Shown: positions 7,610 to 16,675 of the stretch, piece by piece
Layout: every line of letters starts with the position of its first letter
Numbering within the stretch: position 1 is the first letter of the stretch
From: a virus
Lineage: Duplodnaviria; Caudoviricetes
Strand: one strand, 5' to 3'
Length of the DNA stretch: 58,933 nucleotides
IMG/VR virus record: IMGVR_UViG_3300012284_000001
Coordinates: 1 to 58,933 of that record
The notes under the pieces: generated by a model
Databases searched by the model: none
Seen by the model: only the letters and a program-made list of their open reading frames with translations
What the model was told of the DNA's origin: nothing
Translations under genes and position numbers: made by a program

Positions 7610-7649
7610 TCAGGAAATACTACCTGATCCTGTAAAAAAGAGCTATAAT
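7610..7649 (+). promoter_or_regulatory. Divergent promoter region: TATAAT -10 (7644-7649) and TCAGG-N8-CCTGA palindrome (7610-7627)
   Basis: AT-rich gap between divergent units; perfect -10; the palindrome covers the expected -35 position. Confidence 0.45.
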
Positions 7650-7695
7650 TAAATCTCCACTAACGCAATAATGCTTAAACGCAAGGAGATACACA

Positions 7696-8517
7696 ATGAG
7701 TTTACTTTACTCTCACGCAGGTAACCCCCATCTGTCACTGGCCGAACTGGCCCAGGTTCCGACGCCCCCGGCCATGGGTCCGCGTCACAACCCTTACCCG
7801 TTTCACACCTACGTCGAAGATGTCGAAGAGTCACTCGACCGCGTCGGCTACGAGGTACTGGAGCGTGATCTTGAGGTCACCCACGACCAACAGCGTTTCT
7901 TCGGCGCACTGGCCATCGCACCCCGCGGTGAGCGCGTCGGTGAGATCGTCGAGAATACCGACGAAGATATGCCGATAGCCGAGTGGCGCAAGAACGACGC
8001 AGGCTATGAGCTGCTGATCGGATTGCGCGGTGCGCACGACCAGTCGATCCAGCGCGAGATGGTGTTGGGCGATAACATTTTTGTCTGCAGCAACCTCGCC
8101 TTCTCTGGATCCATCGGTCACATTGCTACCAAGCAGACCACGTTCATCCACCGTCGTCTGCCCGGGCTGATCTCTTCGGCCGTGGCCAAGATTCCGGAAC
8201 TGGCTGAGCAGCGTGCGAACATGTTCGACGCGTTCAAGAACTACGAGTTCAAGAACCCGCGCGCAGCTGATGCGGCCATGGTCGAGATCTTTCGTCAGGG
8301 CGGTCTGTCTGCTGCACAACTGGGCAAGGCGATCCACGAGCTGGATAAGCCCACCTACGAAGAGCATCTCGAATGGGGCCGTAGCGCATGGTTAGTCCGC
8401 AACTGTGTCACGCAGGCTCTGAAGCCCGGTGGCGCCAACGTCAACCATAACCTGATTGCTGATCGGACGACCATCGCGGATCGTTTTCTCAGTAACCTTG
8501 TTGGAATTGCTGCTTAG
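7696..8517 (+). CDS. DUF932-like phage protein
   Basis: LAQVPTP...HNPYP N-terminus, RFFG, IGLRGAHDQS and FVCSNLAF motifs; AAGGAG RBS. Confidence 0.65.
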   Translation: MSLLYSHAGNPHLSLAELAQVPTPPAMGPRHNPYPFHTYVEDVEESLDRVGYEVLERDLEVTHDQQRFFGALAIAPRGERVGEIVENTDEDMPIAEWRKNDAGYELLIGLRGAHDQSIQREMVLGDNIFVCSNLAFSGSIGHIATKQTTFIHRRLPGLISSAVAKIPELAEQRANMFDAFKNYEFKNPRAADAAMVEIFRQGGLSAAQLGKAIHELDKPTYEEHLEWGRSAWLVRNCVTQALKPGGANVNHNLIADRTTIADRFLSNLVGIAA

Positions 8518-8546
8518 TTACCTTGCGGACACGAGCGGCAACAACC

Positions 8547-8605
8547 GGGCGGTGGCCTTGGCGAAATCGACACAGCCATGTCACCACTAACTAAGGTCAC
8601 CGCCC
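8547..8605 (+). other. Intergenic 15-bp stem with an inner hairpin (possible structured RNA)
   Basis: GGGCGGTGGCCTTGG (8547-8561) pairs with CTAAGGTCACCGCCC (8591-8605) with two G-U; inner GACA/TGTC. Confidence 0.45.
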
Positions 8606-8637
8606 ACCTTATTAATGCGAATAATGCGAGGTACCAA

Positions 8638-8814
8638 ATGAATCCTGAATCAATCCTTTTACTACTGAGTCTGCTGATGGCCGATGAATCCATCACGCTG
8701 CCTCACCCGTCAGATTATTACGATCTGTTTTGTGAACACCACGAGGACGCGATCTGCAACGCCGAGAAAAAGGCGGAGATCGACGCGCTTAAGACCGGGG
8801 AGTATTCGATATGA
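8638..8814 (+). CDS. Hypothetical protein (58 aa)
   Basis: GAGG RBS before ATG 8638; ATGA overlap downstream. Confidence 0.55.
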   Translation: MNPESILLLLSLLMADESITLPHPSDYYDLFCEHHEDAICNAEKKAEIDALKTGEYSI

Positions 8815-8918
8815 AAATTCCCAAGACTTGGCAGCACTGGTCCGACTGGGTGTTCCCGCTCGTTTTCTGGTTTGTGTTCGCTTACCTGTGCGGCACGTTC
8901 TCTTCTATCGGAGGCTGA
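8811..8918 (+). CDS. Small membrane peptide (35 aa, MKIPKTWQHWSDWVFPLVFWFVFAYLCGTFSSIGG)
   Basis: GGGGAG RBS, ATGA coupling, Trp/Phe-rich TM segment; fills the operon gap exactly. Confidence 0.55.
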   Translation: MKIPKTWQHWSDWVFPLVFWFVFAYLCGTFSSIGG

Positions 8919-8919
8919 T

Positions 8920-9138
8920 ATGAAAATCTACGATTTAAACGGCCAGATCACCGAGTTGACGCAGGCCCAGTACGATCAGGCGCTGCGTGACTCGCAGCAT
9001 TGCCGCTGCGACGGCGTCAACTGTCTCGCCTGCACCGTGTACTGGCACGCGCGCAACAAGAACCACGCGCCCACGGTGACGGCGTTCCTGAACGAGGCGC
9101 CTGACCGCCGCGGCACCATCATCGACGAGGAGGTGTAG
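8920..9138 (+). CDS. Small Cys-rich hypothetical protein
   Basis: GGAGG RBS; HCRC...CLAC motif. Confidence 0.6.
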   Translation: MKIYDLNGQITELTQAQYDQALRDSQHCRCDGVNCLACTVYWHARNKNHAPTVTAFLNEAPDRRGTIIDEEV

Positions 9139-9139
9139 C

Positions 9140-9352
9140 ATGCAACAGGTATGTCCCTATTGCGATCAGGACGCTGGCTACTACCGCGTCGAACAGGCGC
9201 GTCTCATCCGCCACTTTGGCTGGGACGGGGTCGAACGAACCGAGGCCATCGACGAGGTGACCTACGAGGGCAGCAAGCTGAAGTGCATCCGCTGCCAAGA
9301 GGTGGTCACCAGTTTCGTCAAGGGCTTACACAAGGAGCTAGACAATGGATAA
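9140..9352 (+). CDS. Zn-ribbon protein
   Basis: CPYC and CIRC pairs; GGAGG RBS. Confidence 0.7.
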   Translation: MQQVCPYCDQDAGYYRVEQARLIRHFGWDGVERTEAIDEVTYEGSKLKCIRCQEVVTSFVKGLHKELDNG

Positions 9353-9458
9353 ACTGATACACGAGTTTTACTGGATCCACGACCTGCTGGTCTTCTGGAT
9401 CTGGGTAGGGGGGTTCCCCTACTTGCTACAGTACCTGACGGTCGAGGTAATGACCTGA
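9345..9458 (+). CDS. Small membrane peptide (37 aa, MDKLIHEFYWIHDLLVFWIWVGGFPYLLQYLTVEVMT)
   Basis: AAGGAG RBS; overlaps the previous stop; hydrophobic core. Confidence 0.5.
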   Translation: MDKLIHEFYWIHDLLVFWIWVGGFPYLLQYLTVEVMT

Positions 9459-9476
9459 TGGTTTTCACCAACCACG

Positions 9477-9499
9477 AGCCCGGGCATGTCCCGGGCTTT
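9477..9499 (+). terminator. GC hairpin, possible weak terminator
   Basis: AGCCCGGG-catgt-CCCGGGCT with only a short T tail. Confidence 0.35.
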
Positions 9500-9530
9500 A
9501 CTACGTCTGGAGAATAGAGGAGAACGCATA

Positions 9531-9848
9531 ATGCCATTATTTAAAAACACATTAACGCATCACCAGTATCATCAACTGTGCGCTTATATGGAATCACGCG
9601 CTGTCAAGGGCAGGATTGATTTGAAACCGGGAGCGTTGGCTGGAGAAGCCACCGCGCAACTCGACTTCGAGGTTTCCGCGGACAAGGCAAGAAGGACCGC
9701 AAGAGAGATCGGTATCAAACTGATCAGTAACACACCCCGGAATAACGAGAAGACTGTCAACGATGACGATGACGATGATCTAATGCATTTGAAGCGGATC
9801 GATCATAAGCTCAATCTCATCATAGGGCACCTCAACATTGATACCTGA
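9531..9848 (+). CDS. Hypothetical protein
   Basis: GAGGAG RBS before ATG 9531. Confidence 0.65.
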   Translation: MPLFKNTLTHHQYHQLCAYMESRAVKGRIDLKPGALAGEATAQLDFEVSADKARRTAREIGIKLISNTPRNNEKTVNDDDDDDLMHLKRIDHKLNLIIGHLNIDT

Positions 9849-9862
9849 ACTGGAGAATAGAT

Positions 9863-10009
9863 ATGGGCGAAATATCAGACATGATTATTAACGGCGAGTG
9901 CTGTCAGGTTTGTGCCAGCAACTTCGAAACCCCGGGCCGCGGGTATCCCTTCACTTGCAAAGAGTGCGAGGGCCAGGATAAAGAAGAGGAGAGTGACGAA
10001 GATGAATGA
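9863..10009 (+). CDS. Small Zn-finger protein with acidic tail (48 aa, MGEISDMIINGECCQVC...FTCKEC)
   Basis: GGAG RBS; two CxxC pairs; not in the ORF track. Confidence 0.65.
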   Translation: MGEISDMIINGECCQVCASNFETPGRGYPFTCKECEGQDKEEESDEDE

Positions 10010-10238
10010 GGAGGAGTTGCGTCGACACCTAACCAAACAACTGGATAACTACAAGGCCGAGAGCGAGCGCATCAACAGAGCGTACAGAGATAATCTGAAT
10101 CAGATCTATGAACAACAAACCGAGGCACTGGAGCGAGACTATCGCCAGTTTGTCGGTAAGGTTGGCATCATCTCGGCGCTGGCTGGAGTGCTGGTTGGTC
10201 TTATTGTCGCAACCCTGGTCGAGGTGATATTCGGATGA
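10002..10238 (+). CDS. Coiled-coil protein with C-terminal TM anchor
   Basis: GAGGAG RBS before ATG 10002; hydrophobic C-terminus. Confidence 0.6.
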   Translation: MNEEELRRHLTKQLDNYKAESERINRAYRDNLNQIYEQQTEALERDYRQFVGKVGIISALAGVLVGLIVATLVEVIFG

Positions 10239-10477
10239 GTGACGTTGACGCTATAGCCTGTCAGAAGGGCTTCACCTTTCTTCTGAAATTCAACGAGTGT
10301 AACTACTGCACCGTCGATACAATCCGTAACCTGCTGGGTCACTGTGAGATCCGGCCGGACAATCGTAATGGTGTGCTCGCCGTAGTCAGGGGCACACCTT
10401 ACTTGTGGTTCCCTGACTACCCTACCAAATGTACATGTAAACTGGAGACAGATAATGACAATAGAGAAGAACATTGA
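10235..10477 (+). CDS. Cys-rich hypothetical protein
   Basis: ATGA coupling; fills the operon gap. Confidence 0.5.
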   Translation: MSDVDAIACQKGFTFLLKFNECNYCTVDTIRNLLGHCEIRPDNRNGVLAVVRGTPYLWFPDYPTKCTCKLETDNDNREEH

Positions 10478-10823
10478 GCGCATCGCGGATGCATTAGAGT
10501 CGATGGCAATTAACATCGCGATCATCTCGGTCGCGGTCGAGGGCGACGACGAGCCCGAGATGCCTGCTGCCCCGAAAAAGAAAGCCCCTGCCAAGAAAGC
10601 TGCCAAGGCCAAGAATCAGGTGCAGGTCGGTACCGATGACGAGGCTGACGACGTCACCAAGGAAGAGGTGCGCGCCAAGCTGACCGAGGTGCAGAAGGCC
10701 ACCAGTCCGGCCCAGGCCAAGTCGATCCTGAAGGCCGAGGGCGCCAGCACTATTGGCAACCTGCCGCTCGCAAAGTATCAGCGCGTGATTGATGCCTGCG
10801 ATAAAGTACTGGCGGAGCAGTAA
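10455..10823 (+). CDS. Replication-module protein of the type usually found before the DUF2800 nuclease
   Basis: Helical N-terminus, PAAPKKKAPAKK linker, C-terminal EEVRAKL...AKSIL..EGA domain; synteny. Confidence 0.7.
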   Translation: MTIEKNIERIADALESMAINIAIISVAVEGDDEPEMPAAPKKKAPAKKAAKAKNQVQVGTDDEADDVTKEEVRAKLTEVQKATSPAQAKSILKAEGASTIGNLPLAKYQRVIDACDKVLAEQ

Positions 10824-10824
10824 C

Positions 10825-11988
10825 ATGTCGATGCTGACATACGAGGAGCTGTGTGCCCAACCGGACGAGCACTCCGAGTTGGGCGCCTCCAGTTCCGAAC
10901 GCTGGGCGCACTGTCAGGGCAGCGTCAAGCTGGTCCGCGGACTGCCGGACACACCCAGCGAGTACGCTGATCTGGGTAACTTCGCGCACGACGTATCCGA
11001 GCTGTGCCGGGTCAACGGTAAGCCAGCCTCCTACTACATCGGACTGAAGAGTCACTGTGGCCGCTTCGAGTGCGACAAGGAGATGGCCAACCACGTCCAG
11101 ATGTTTCTGGATTACGTTGACGAGAAACCCGGTGAGATGCTGGTCGAGCAGCGTGTCGAGTATGACGCGTGGGTACCGGGTGGCTTCGGTACCGCGGACG
11201 ACATCCGCATTCAGGATGGCGTGTGTGACCTGACCGATTTGAAGTACGGCCAGGGTGTGAAAGTCTACGTCAAGGATAACTGGCAGATGTGGACCTACGC
11301 CCTTGGTGTATTCCAGACCTTCGGTCACTTGTATGACATCGACCAGTTCAAGCTGTGCATCTGTCAGCCCCGGCTCGACCACATCGATGAGGATACCGTA
11401 TCGACCAAGGAGATCCTGCTCTGGGCCCGTGATAGGTTAAAGCCTGCTGCCGAGACTGCGCTGTATGCCGAGAATCCGCCTTTCGAGGCAGGTGAATGGT
11501 GCCGCTGGTGTCGTGCCCGGGATGTCTGTAATCACCGTAAAGAGTGGCTGATGACCCAGATGCTGGACGAGCTGGATGACATGGAGTCCGTCAAGGATCC
11601 GGACCTCATGACCAACGATGATCTGGCCGAGGCGATGGACGTCATCGATCTGATGCGCAGCTGGTGCAATGACATCGAGCGGCGTGTGCTGTCCGAGGTA
11701 CAGGCTGGCCATGAAGTCGGCAAGCCCAGTTGGAAACTGGTCGAGGGTAGATCAGTGCGCAAGTGGCGCGACGAGGATGAGGCCGAGGCCGCACTCCGCA
11801 AAACCAAGCTGAAGGTCAAGGAGATACTGCCAGCGAAGTTGATCAGTCCCACCCAGGCCGAGAAGTTGCTGGGCAAGAAGAACGAAGTCCTTGATGGGCT
11901 GATCATTAAACCCCCGGGCTCACCCAAGCTGGCTCCACCGACGGATCCCCGGCCCCCAGTGCAACCCGATATTTCTGAATTAGACTAG
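10825..11988 (+). CDS. DUF2800 / Cas4-like PD-(D/E)XK exonuclease
   Basis: HSELGASSSERWAHC, FGTAD, DLKYG, QMWTYA and CRWCRARDVC motifs. Confidence 0.85.
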   Translation: MSMLTYEELCAQPDEHSELGASSSERWAHCQGSVKLVRGLPDTPSEYADLGNFAHDVSELCRVNGKPASYYIGLKSHCGRFECDKEMANHVQMFLDYVDEKPGEMLVEQRVEYDAWVPGGFGTADDIRIQDGVCDLTDLKYGQGVKVYVKDNWQMWTYALGVFQTFGHLYDIDQFKLCICQPRLDHIDEDTVSTKEILLWARDRLKPAAETALYAENPPFEAGEWCRWCRARDVCNHRKEWLMTQMLDELDDMESVKDPDLMTNDDLAEAMDVIDLMRSWCNDIERRVLSEVQAGHEVGKPSWKLVEGRSVRKWRDEDEAEAALRKTKLKVKEILPAKLISPTQAEKLLGKKNEVLDGLIIKPPGSPKLAPPTDPRPPVQPDISELD

Positions 11989-11998
11989 GAGAAAAATA

Positions 11999-12586
11999 AT
12001 GCCTACAAGCGATAAGATTAAATTGTCAAACGTACGTCTCTCATTCCCGCGGCTGTTTGTGCCCCGGGCTTTTAACCCGGGCCAACCACCACGGTACGAA
12101 GCATCTTTTCTGCTGGATCCGTCGGATAAAGATCACGCGGCCGTCATTGCCGAGATCGAGGAAGTAGCAGATGACATCGCCAAGGAGATGTGGCCGAAGA
12201 AACGCCCCCCGGGACTGGAGCGTTGTTATGGTCTGGCCAACGATGATGAAAAGAAATCCCAGTACGATGGTTACGAGGATATGTTCTTTATCAGCACCTC
12301 GGCCACCCAGAACACGCCACCGCTGATTGTCGATGCTGGACGCAACGCACTGGTGATCAAGGACGGTGTCGAGCCGAAGATCCCCTACGCGGGATGCTAC
12401 GTCACGGCATCGATCACCCTGTGGACACAGGACAACCAGTTCGGCAAGCGGATCAATGCCAACCTGCGTGCGGTCCAGTTCAAGAAGGATGGTGAGGCGT
12501 TCTCTGGTGTCAAGCCGGTGGATGTTGACGAGGAGCTGGATGACTTTGATGGCGATGAGGATGATGAAAGTTTTTTAGATGACTAG
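11999..12586 (+). CDS. DUF2815 single-stranded DNA-binding protein (T7 gp2.5-like)
   Basis: VRLSFP, YAGCYV and LRAVQFKKDGEAF motifs; acidic C-terminal tail. Confidence 0.85.
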   Translation: MPTSDKIKLSNVRLSFPRLFVPRAFNPGQPPRYEASFLLDPSDKDHAAVIAEIEEVADDIAKEMWPKKRPPGLERCYGLANDDEKKSQYDGYEDMFFISTSATQNTPPLIVDAGRNALVIKDGVEPKIPYAGCYVTASITLWTQDNQFGKRINANLRAVQFKKDGEAFSGVKPVDVDEELDDFDGDEDDESFLDD

Positions 12587-14606
12587 TTGTCACATTGACA
12601 TTGAGTCCTTCTCACGGATCAATCTCAAAAAATCCGGGCTCTACCGCTACCAAGAAGAGGACAGTACAGAGATACTTTGCCTTTGTTTTGCGTTTGGCGA
12701 GGAGCCCGTTTCAACCTGGGCGCCGTACAAAGATTTGCCTACCGAGATCATCGAGGCTATGCATGCCCACCACGAGGAAATCGGCGGCGAGTTTATTGTT
12801 GGCGCTCAGGTGCCTTTTGAGTTAATCACCCACGCTAAAGAGGGCGGCGACTTCCGGGCCCACAACAGCGAGTTCGAGCGCACCATGCTGAATGGCAAGC
12901 CCGGACAAAAAATAAAATTTCCCAAGACCGAGCTGGAGCAGTGGACCTGTACCGCGGCCAAGGCTGCTGTGCATGGCCTGCCCCGGGCACTGGGTAAGCT
13001 CGCCGTCGCGATCAAGGCGCCCCATCAAAAGGACGAGGCCGGACGCATGGCGATGATGCAGGTCGTCAAGACCCGCAAGCCCTCGAAGGCAGTGCCCGAG
13101 GACCGCTGGACCCCGTGGAACGCGCCGGATCGATTCATCGGCCTGTACCAGTACTGTATCGATGACGTTGAAACCGAACGTGCCATTGATGACATGATCC
13201 CCGAACTCAGCAAGCACGAGCGGCAAGTCTATCTGATGGACCAGCGTATCAATGCGCGCGGCATCGAGGTTGACCTCGAAGGGACGGCTAACGCCAAGCT
13301 CCTGCGCGATGAGTACAAGCAGATCCTGCGCGACAAGTGTGTCGAGGTCTCGGGCTTTACCCCGGGGCAGACAGGTAAACTGGGTTACTGGATCCGGCAG
13401 CGATACCCGATGCAGAACCTGCAAGAGCCGACCATGAAGAAAGCCCTTGCGGATCCGAATATTCCACCCGAGGTTAAAACAGTCGTCCGGTGCCGTCGCC
13501 TGCACGAGTTAAAGGCCGTGGCCAAGTTTGATTCCATCGAGGCCATGGTCTGCGCGGATAGCCGCCTGCGTGGCCAGTTCCTGTACTACGGCGCCGGTAC
13601 AGGCCGCTGGTCTTCACTGGGCGTCCAGCTGCAGAACCTCGTGCGTCCGGTCATCAGTGACCCCTACGTCGCCCTTGACGCCTGCTCAGCGCGCGATATC
13701 AAGTGGATCGGCGCGTTGTACCAGTCCAACCCGATGTACGTCCTGTCGTCGATTGTGCGCAGCCTGTTGGTGGCAGCTGATCAATGCGAGCTGCTGTGCC
13801 TCGATTACAACTCTATCGAGGGCCGGATCACCGCGTGGCTGGCTGGCCAGAAGGATAAGCTGGAGATATTCCGCACCCACGGCAAGGTGTACGAATACAC
13901 AGGGGCCAAGATGTACCGCCTGCCTCTCGATCTCGAATTCCTGATGACCATGAAGCAGACGCACCCGGATGAGCGGTTCGCGGGTAAGACGGGTGAGCTG
14001 GCACTGGGATTCCAGGGTGGCGCCAAGGCATTTAAAAAGATGGCGGCTCGGTCTGACATCGAGATTGACGATGATAGGGCTGAAGAGATCAAGCGCGAAT
14101 GGCGCGAGGCTAATCCGATGATCGAGAAAATGTGGTACGCCCTCGAGGAGCATGCCATCGCAGCCGTGACCTACCCGGATAAACTATTCAGAACCAACAA
14201 GATTCTATTTGGCGTGCGTGACGACTGGCTGTATATGAAGTTGCCGAGCGGCCGAAAACTGGCTTACTATAAGCCCGAACTGGATGCCGAGGGTAAGCTC
14301 ACCTACCTCGGTATCGATACCTACACCCGGCAATGGGGCCGGGTAAAAACGTATGGTGGGCGACTCACTGAGAATGCAGTCCAAGCAACGGCTCGTGATG
14401 TCATGGTGTGTGGTATGGAGAACCTCGAAGCCCGGGACTACCGGATCGTGGGTACCGTACACGATGAGATCATTATGGAAGTGCCCGAGGGTTTCGGCTC
14501 TATTGGACGTGCAGCGGAATTGATGTGTTACCTACCGGACTGGGCCGATGGCCTGCCGGTCTCGGCTGACGGATTCCGCGCCAAGCGTTATAGGAAGGAT
14601 GACTGA
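12579..14606 (+). CDS. Family A DNA polymerase with 3'-5' exonuclease
   Basis: DIESFS (ExoI), HNSEFE, YCIDDV; TGRWS; motif A DYNSIEGR; motif B R..GK...LALGF; motif C TVHDEI. Confidence 0.92.
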   Translation: MTSCHIDIESFSRINLKKSGLYRYQEEDSTEILCLCFAFGEEPVSTWAPYKDLPTEIIEAMHAHHEEIGGEFIVGAQVPFELITHAKEGGDFRAHNSEFERTMLNGKPGQKIKFPKTELEQWTCTAAKAAVHGLPRALGKLAVAIKAPHQKDEAGRMAMMQVVKTRKPSKAVPEDRWTPWNAPDRFIGLYQYCIDDVETERAIDDMIPELSKHERQVYLMDQRINARGIEVDLEGTANAKLLRDEYKQILRDKCVEVSGFTPGQTGKLGYWIRQRYPMQNLQEPTMKKALADPNIPPEVKTVVRCRRLHELKAVAKFDSIEAMVCADSRLRGQFLYYGAGTGRWSSLGVQLQNLVRPVISDPYVALDACSARDIKWIGALYQSNPMYVLSSIVRSLLVAADQCELLCLDYNSIEGRITAWLAGQKDKLEIFRTHGKVYEYTGAKMYRLPLDLEFLMTMKQTHPDERFAGKTGELALGFQGGAKAFKKMAARSDIEIDDDRAEEIKREWREANPMIEKMWYALEEHAIAAVTYPDKLFRTNKILFGVRDDWLYMKLPSGRKLAYYKPELDAEGKLTYLGIDTYTRQWGRVKTYGGRLTENAVQATARDVMVCGMENLEARDYRIVGTVHDEIIMEVPEGFGSIGRAAELMCYLPDWADGLPVSADGFRAKRYRKDD

Positions 14607-14615
14607 TGGCCACCT

Positions 14616-14891
14616 ATGGCAAACGAAAAGAAGATCGAGCGCGACGCATGCCGGATCGCCGCCCAGTCTGGGTGGAAGGTCAAGAAGATCGTTACTCCGG
14701 GCCGACGGGGGAGCTTCGACCGCCTGTTCATCAAGGACAGCAGGCATGTGTGGATCGAATTCAAAGATCCGGCCGGTACACCCAGCAAGCTCCAGCTGGC
14801 CGAATATGGGGATCTCATTGCCCATGGTGCGGAAGCTCACTTCTGTGACAACCTCGCGGACGCCAAGAAGATCCTCGGACTCGCTGCGTGA
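14616..14891 (+). CDS. VRR-NUC nuclease
   Basis: EKKIE, G..DRLF, WIEFK.P..G.PS.LQ motifs; between polymerase and helicase. Confidence 0.85.
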   Translation: MANEKKIERDACRIAAQSGWKVKKIVTPGRRGSFDRLFIKDSRHVWIEFKDPAGTPSKLQLAEYGDLIAHGAEAHFCDNLADAKKILGLAA

Positions 14892-16254
14892 CTACCAGCG
14901 CAGTGCCGTCGAGTTTGTAAAATTTCACGAGAGCTGCGCCCTGTGGATGGATATGGGGCTTGGCAAAACCATTATTGTATTGACCGCGATACTGGAGCTG
15001 ATGCGCCTGTTCGAGGTCGACAAGATACTGGTGATCGCACCCCTGCGCGTCGCCAGAAAGACGTGGCTAGATGAAATAAAAACCTGGGCCCACACTCAGG
15101 GGCTTACCGTATCAATCATTGTAGGCACCGCTCAAGAGCGGAGGTCGGCTATCAAGCGTGACGCCGACATCTATTGCATAAACCGGGAGAACACCCAGTG
15201 GCTAGTCGATGAACATGTGCACGGCACCCAAGTAGTACAGCCGTGGAAATGGGACACTGTTGTTCTCGATGAAAGCAGTTCGTTTAAATCGCGAGCTGCG
15301 AAGCGTTGGCAGAAGCTGCGCAAGGTGCGGCAGCTGTTTACCCGGTGCATTGAATTGACCGGTACGCCGAGTCCTAACGGACTCATGGACCTATGGGCTC
15401 AGGTCTACCTCTTGGATAAAGGTCATCGACTCGGCAAGACTCTGACAGCCTTCCGTAATCGTTGGTTCGACCCTCCGGGTTACAACCAGTTTAAGTGGGA
15501 GCCGAAAGCGCACGCCGAACAAGAGATCATGGAGAAGGTCAACGACATCTGCCTTACCCTCCGAGAGGAGGACTATCTGGAACTCCCCGATGTGGTTCGC
15601 AATCACATTCCCGCGTACCTGACCGCCGAAGAACGGCATCAGTATGAGACGCTTGAGCGTCATTACGTGGTCGAGATTAACGACAAGGACATCACCGCAG
15701 TGAACGCCGGGGTACTGGCCGGTAAACTCCTGCAGCTGGCCAACGGTGCCGTGTATACGGTGGCCCCGGCCTGGGAAGAATTCCATCGGGGAAAGATTGA
15801 GGTACTGCTGGAAATCCTTGAGGATCTCAACGGTCCGGTCATGGTGTGCTACAACTTCAAGTCTGACCTTGCGCGGCTGAAAGTGGCTCTGACCAAGGCA
15901 AAGGTTAACTGGGATCTTCTCACCGACACCCACAGCGAGGACCGTTGGAATGCGGGGGAAATAAGGGTCTTGCTGCTCCACCCGGCGAGTGCAGGCCACG
16001 GACTCAATCTGCATCTCTCGGGCTCCGAAAACATCATCTGGTTCGGTCTCAATTGGAGTCTCGAACTCTACCAGCAGGCCAACGCCCGTCTCATCGGGGG
16101 CCACCGTAGGCAGAACCGCAATGTCGTCATTCACCATATCGTCACCGAGAATACCATAGACGAGGATGTCATCGCAGCTCTCGAATACAAGGAGAATGGT
16201 CAGGAAAGGCTACTTAACGCCATGCGCAAACGTGTGCTAAAATTTGCAAAATGA
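14824..16254 (+). CDS. SNF2-family helicase (start uncertain)
   Basis: LRDYQ, DMGLGKT, VLDESS, LTGTP, GHGLNL and QQANARL motifs. Confidence 0.88.
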   Translation: MVRKLTSVTTSRTPRRSSDSLRDYQRSAVEFVKFHESCALWMDMGLGKTIIVLTAILELMRLFEVDKILVIAPLRVARKTWLDEIKTWAHTQGLTVSIIVGTAQERRSAIKRDADIYCINRENTQWLVDEHVHGTQVVQPWKWDTVVLDESSSFKSRAAKRWQKLRKVRQLFTRCIELTGTPSPNGLMDLWAQVYLLDKGHRLGKTLTAFRNRWFDPPGYNQFKWEPKAHAEQEIMEKVNDICLTLREEDYLELPDVVRNHIPAYLTAEERHQYETLERHYVVEINDKDITAVNAGVLAGKLLQLANGAVYTVAPAWEEFHRGKIEVLLEILEDLNGPVMVCYNFKSDLARLKVALTKAKVNWDLLTDTHSEDRWNAGEIRVLLLHPASAGHGLNLHLSGSENIIWFGLNWSLELYQQANARLIGGHRRQNRNVVIHHIVTENTIDEDVIAALEYKENGQERLLNAMRKRVLKFAK

Positions 16255-16272
16255 CACACTTGGAGACAATAA

Positions 16273-16500
16273 ATGGCAACACTTCCTTATTACGAGCTGG
16301 AGGAACTGGCTGCGCTGCTGGGTTACGCTAACGCCCGGGCAATTAAACGACGCATCAAGCAAGGCACGTTCGAGATCCCTACCTACCAACTGGCTGGCCG
16401 ACGCGTGGCCAACGTATCCGTGGTGAAAAAGTTTTTCGCTGACCGGGACGCCCCGATAGCACCGGACCCTGGCATGGACACGAGTTTCCTCGATGACTGA
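16273..16500 (+). CDS. Small HTH DNA-binding protein (excisionase/MerR-like)
   Basis: ELAALLGY...IKRRIKQG..EIPT...GRR pattern; GGAG RBS. Confidence 0.55.
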   Translation: MATLPYYELEELAALLGYANARAIKRRIKQGTFEIPTYQLAGRRVANVSVVKKFFADRDAPIAPDPGMDTSFLDD

Positions 16501-16675
16501 TAACTTTAAGTACGAGACCGAGGGCATCCACAACCTTCAGATGCCGCCACCCTCGGTCGGGGAATACCAGATCCTCGGTCATCTGTCTTTTCACTTTCCG
16601 AAGAAACCGAACTGGTTCCACCGCATGATGACCCGGCTGTTACTGGGCTGGGTCTGGATCGACCACGATGTGTGA
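16493..16675 (+). CDS. Hypothetical protein (60 aa)
   Basis: Overlaps the previous stop; KPNWFHRMM...LLGW.W motif. Confidence 0.6.
   Translation: MTDNFKYETEGIHNLQMPPPSVGEYQILGHLSFHFPKKPNWFHRMMTRLLLGWVWIDHDV

Noticed and set aside
10825-11988. Cas4-like nuclease as part of a CRISPR-Cas system
   Set aside because: It sits in the usual DUF2800-DUF2815-PolA phage replication module; no array or other cas genes
14548-14823. N-terminal extension of the SNF2 ORF given in the track
   Set aside because: It overlaps the polymerase end and the VRR-NUC gene; helicase motifs begin at LRDYQ near 14884
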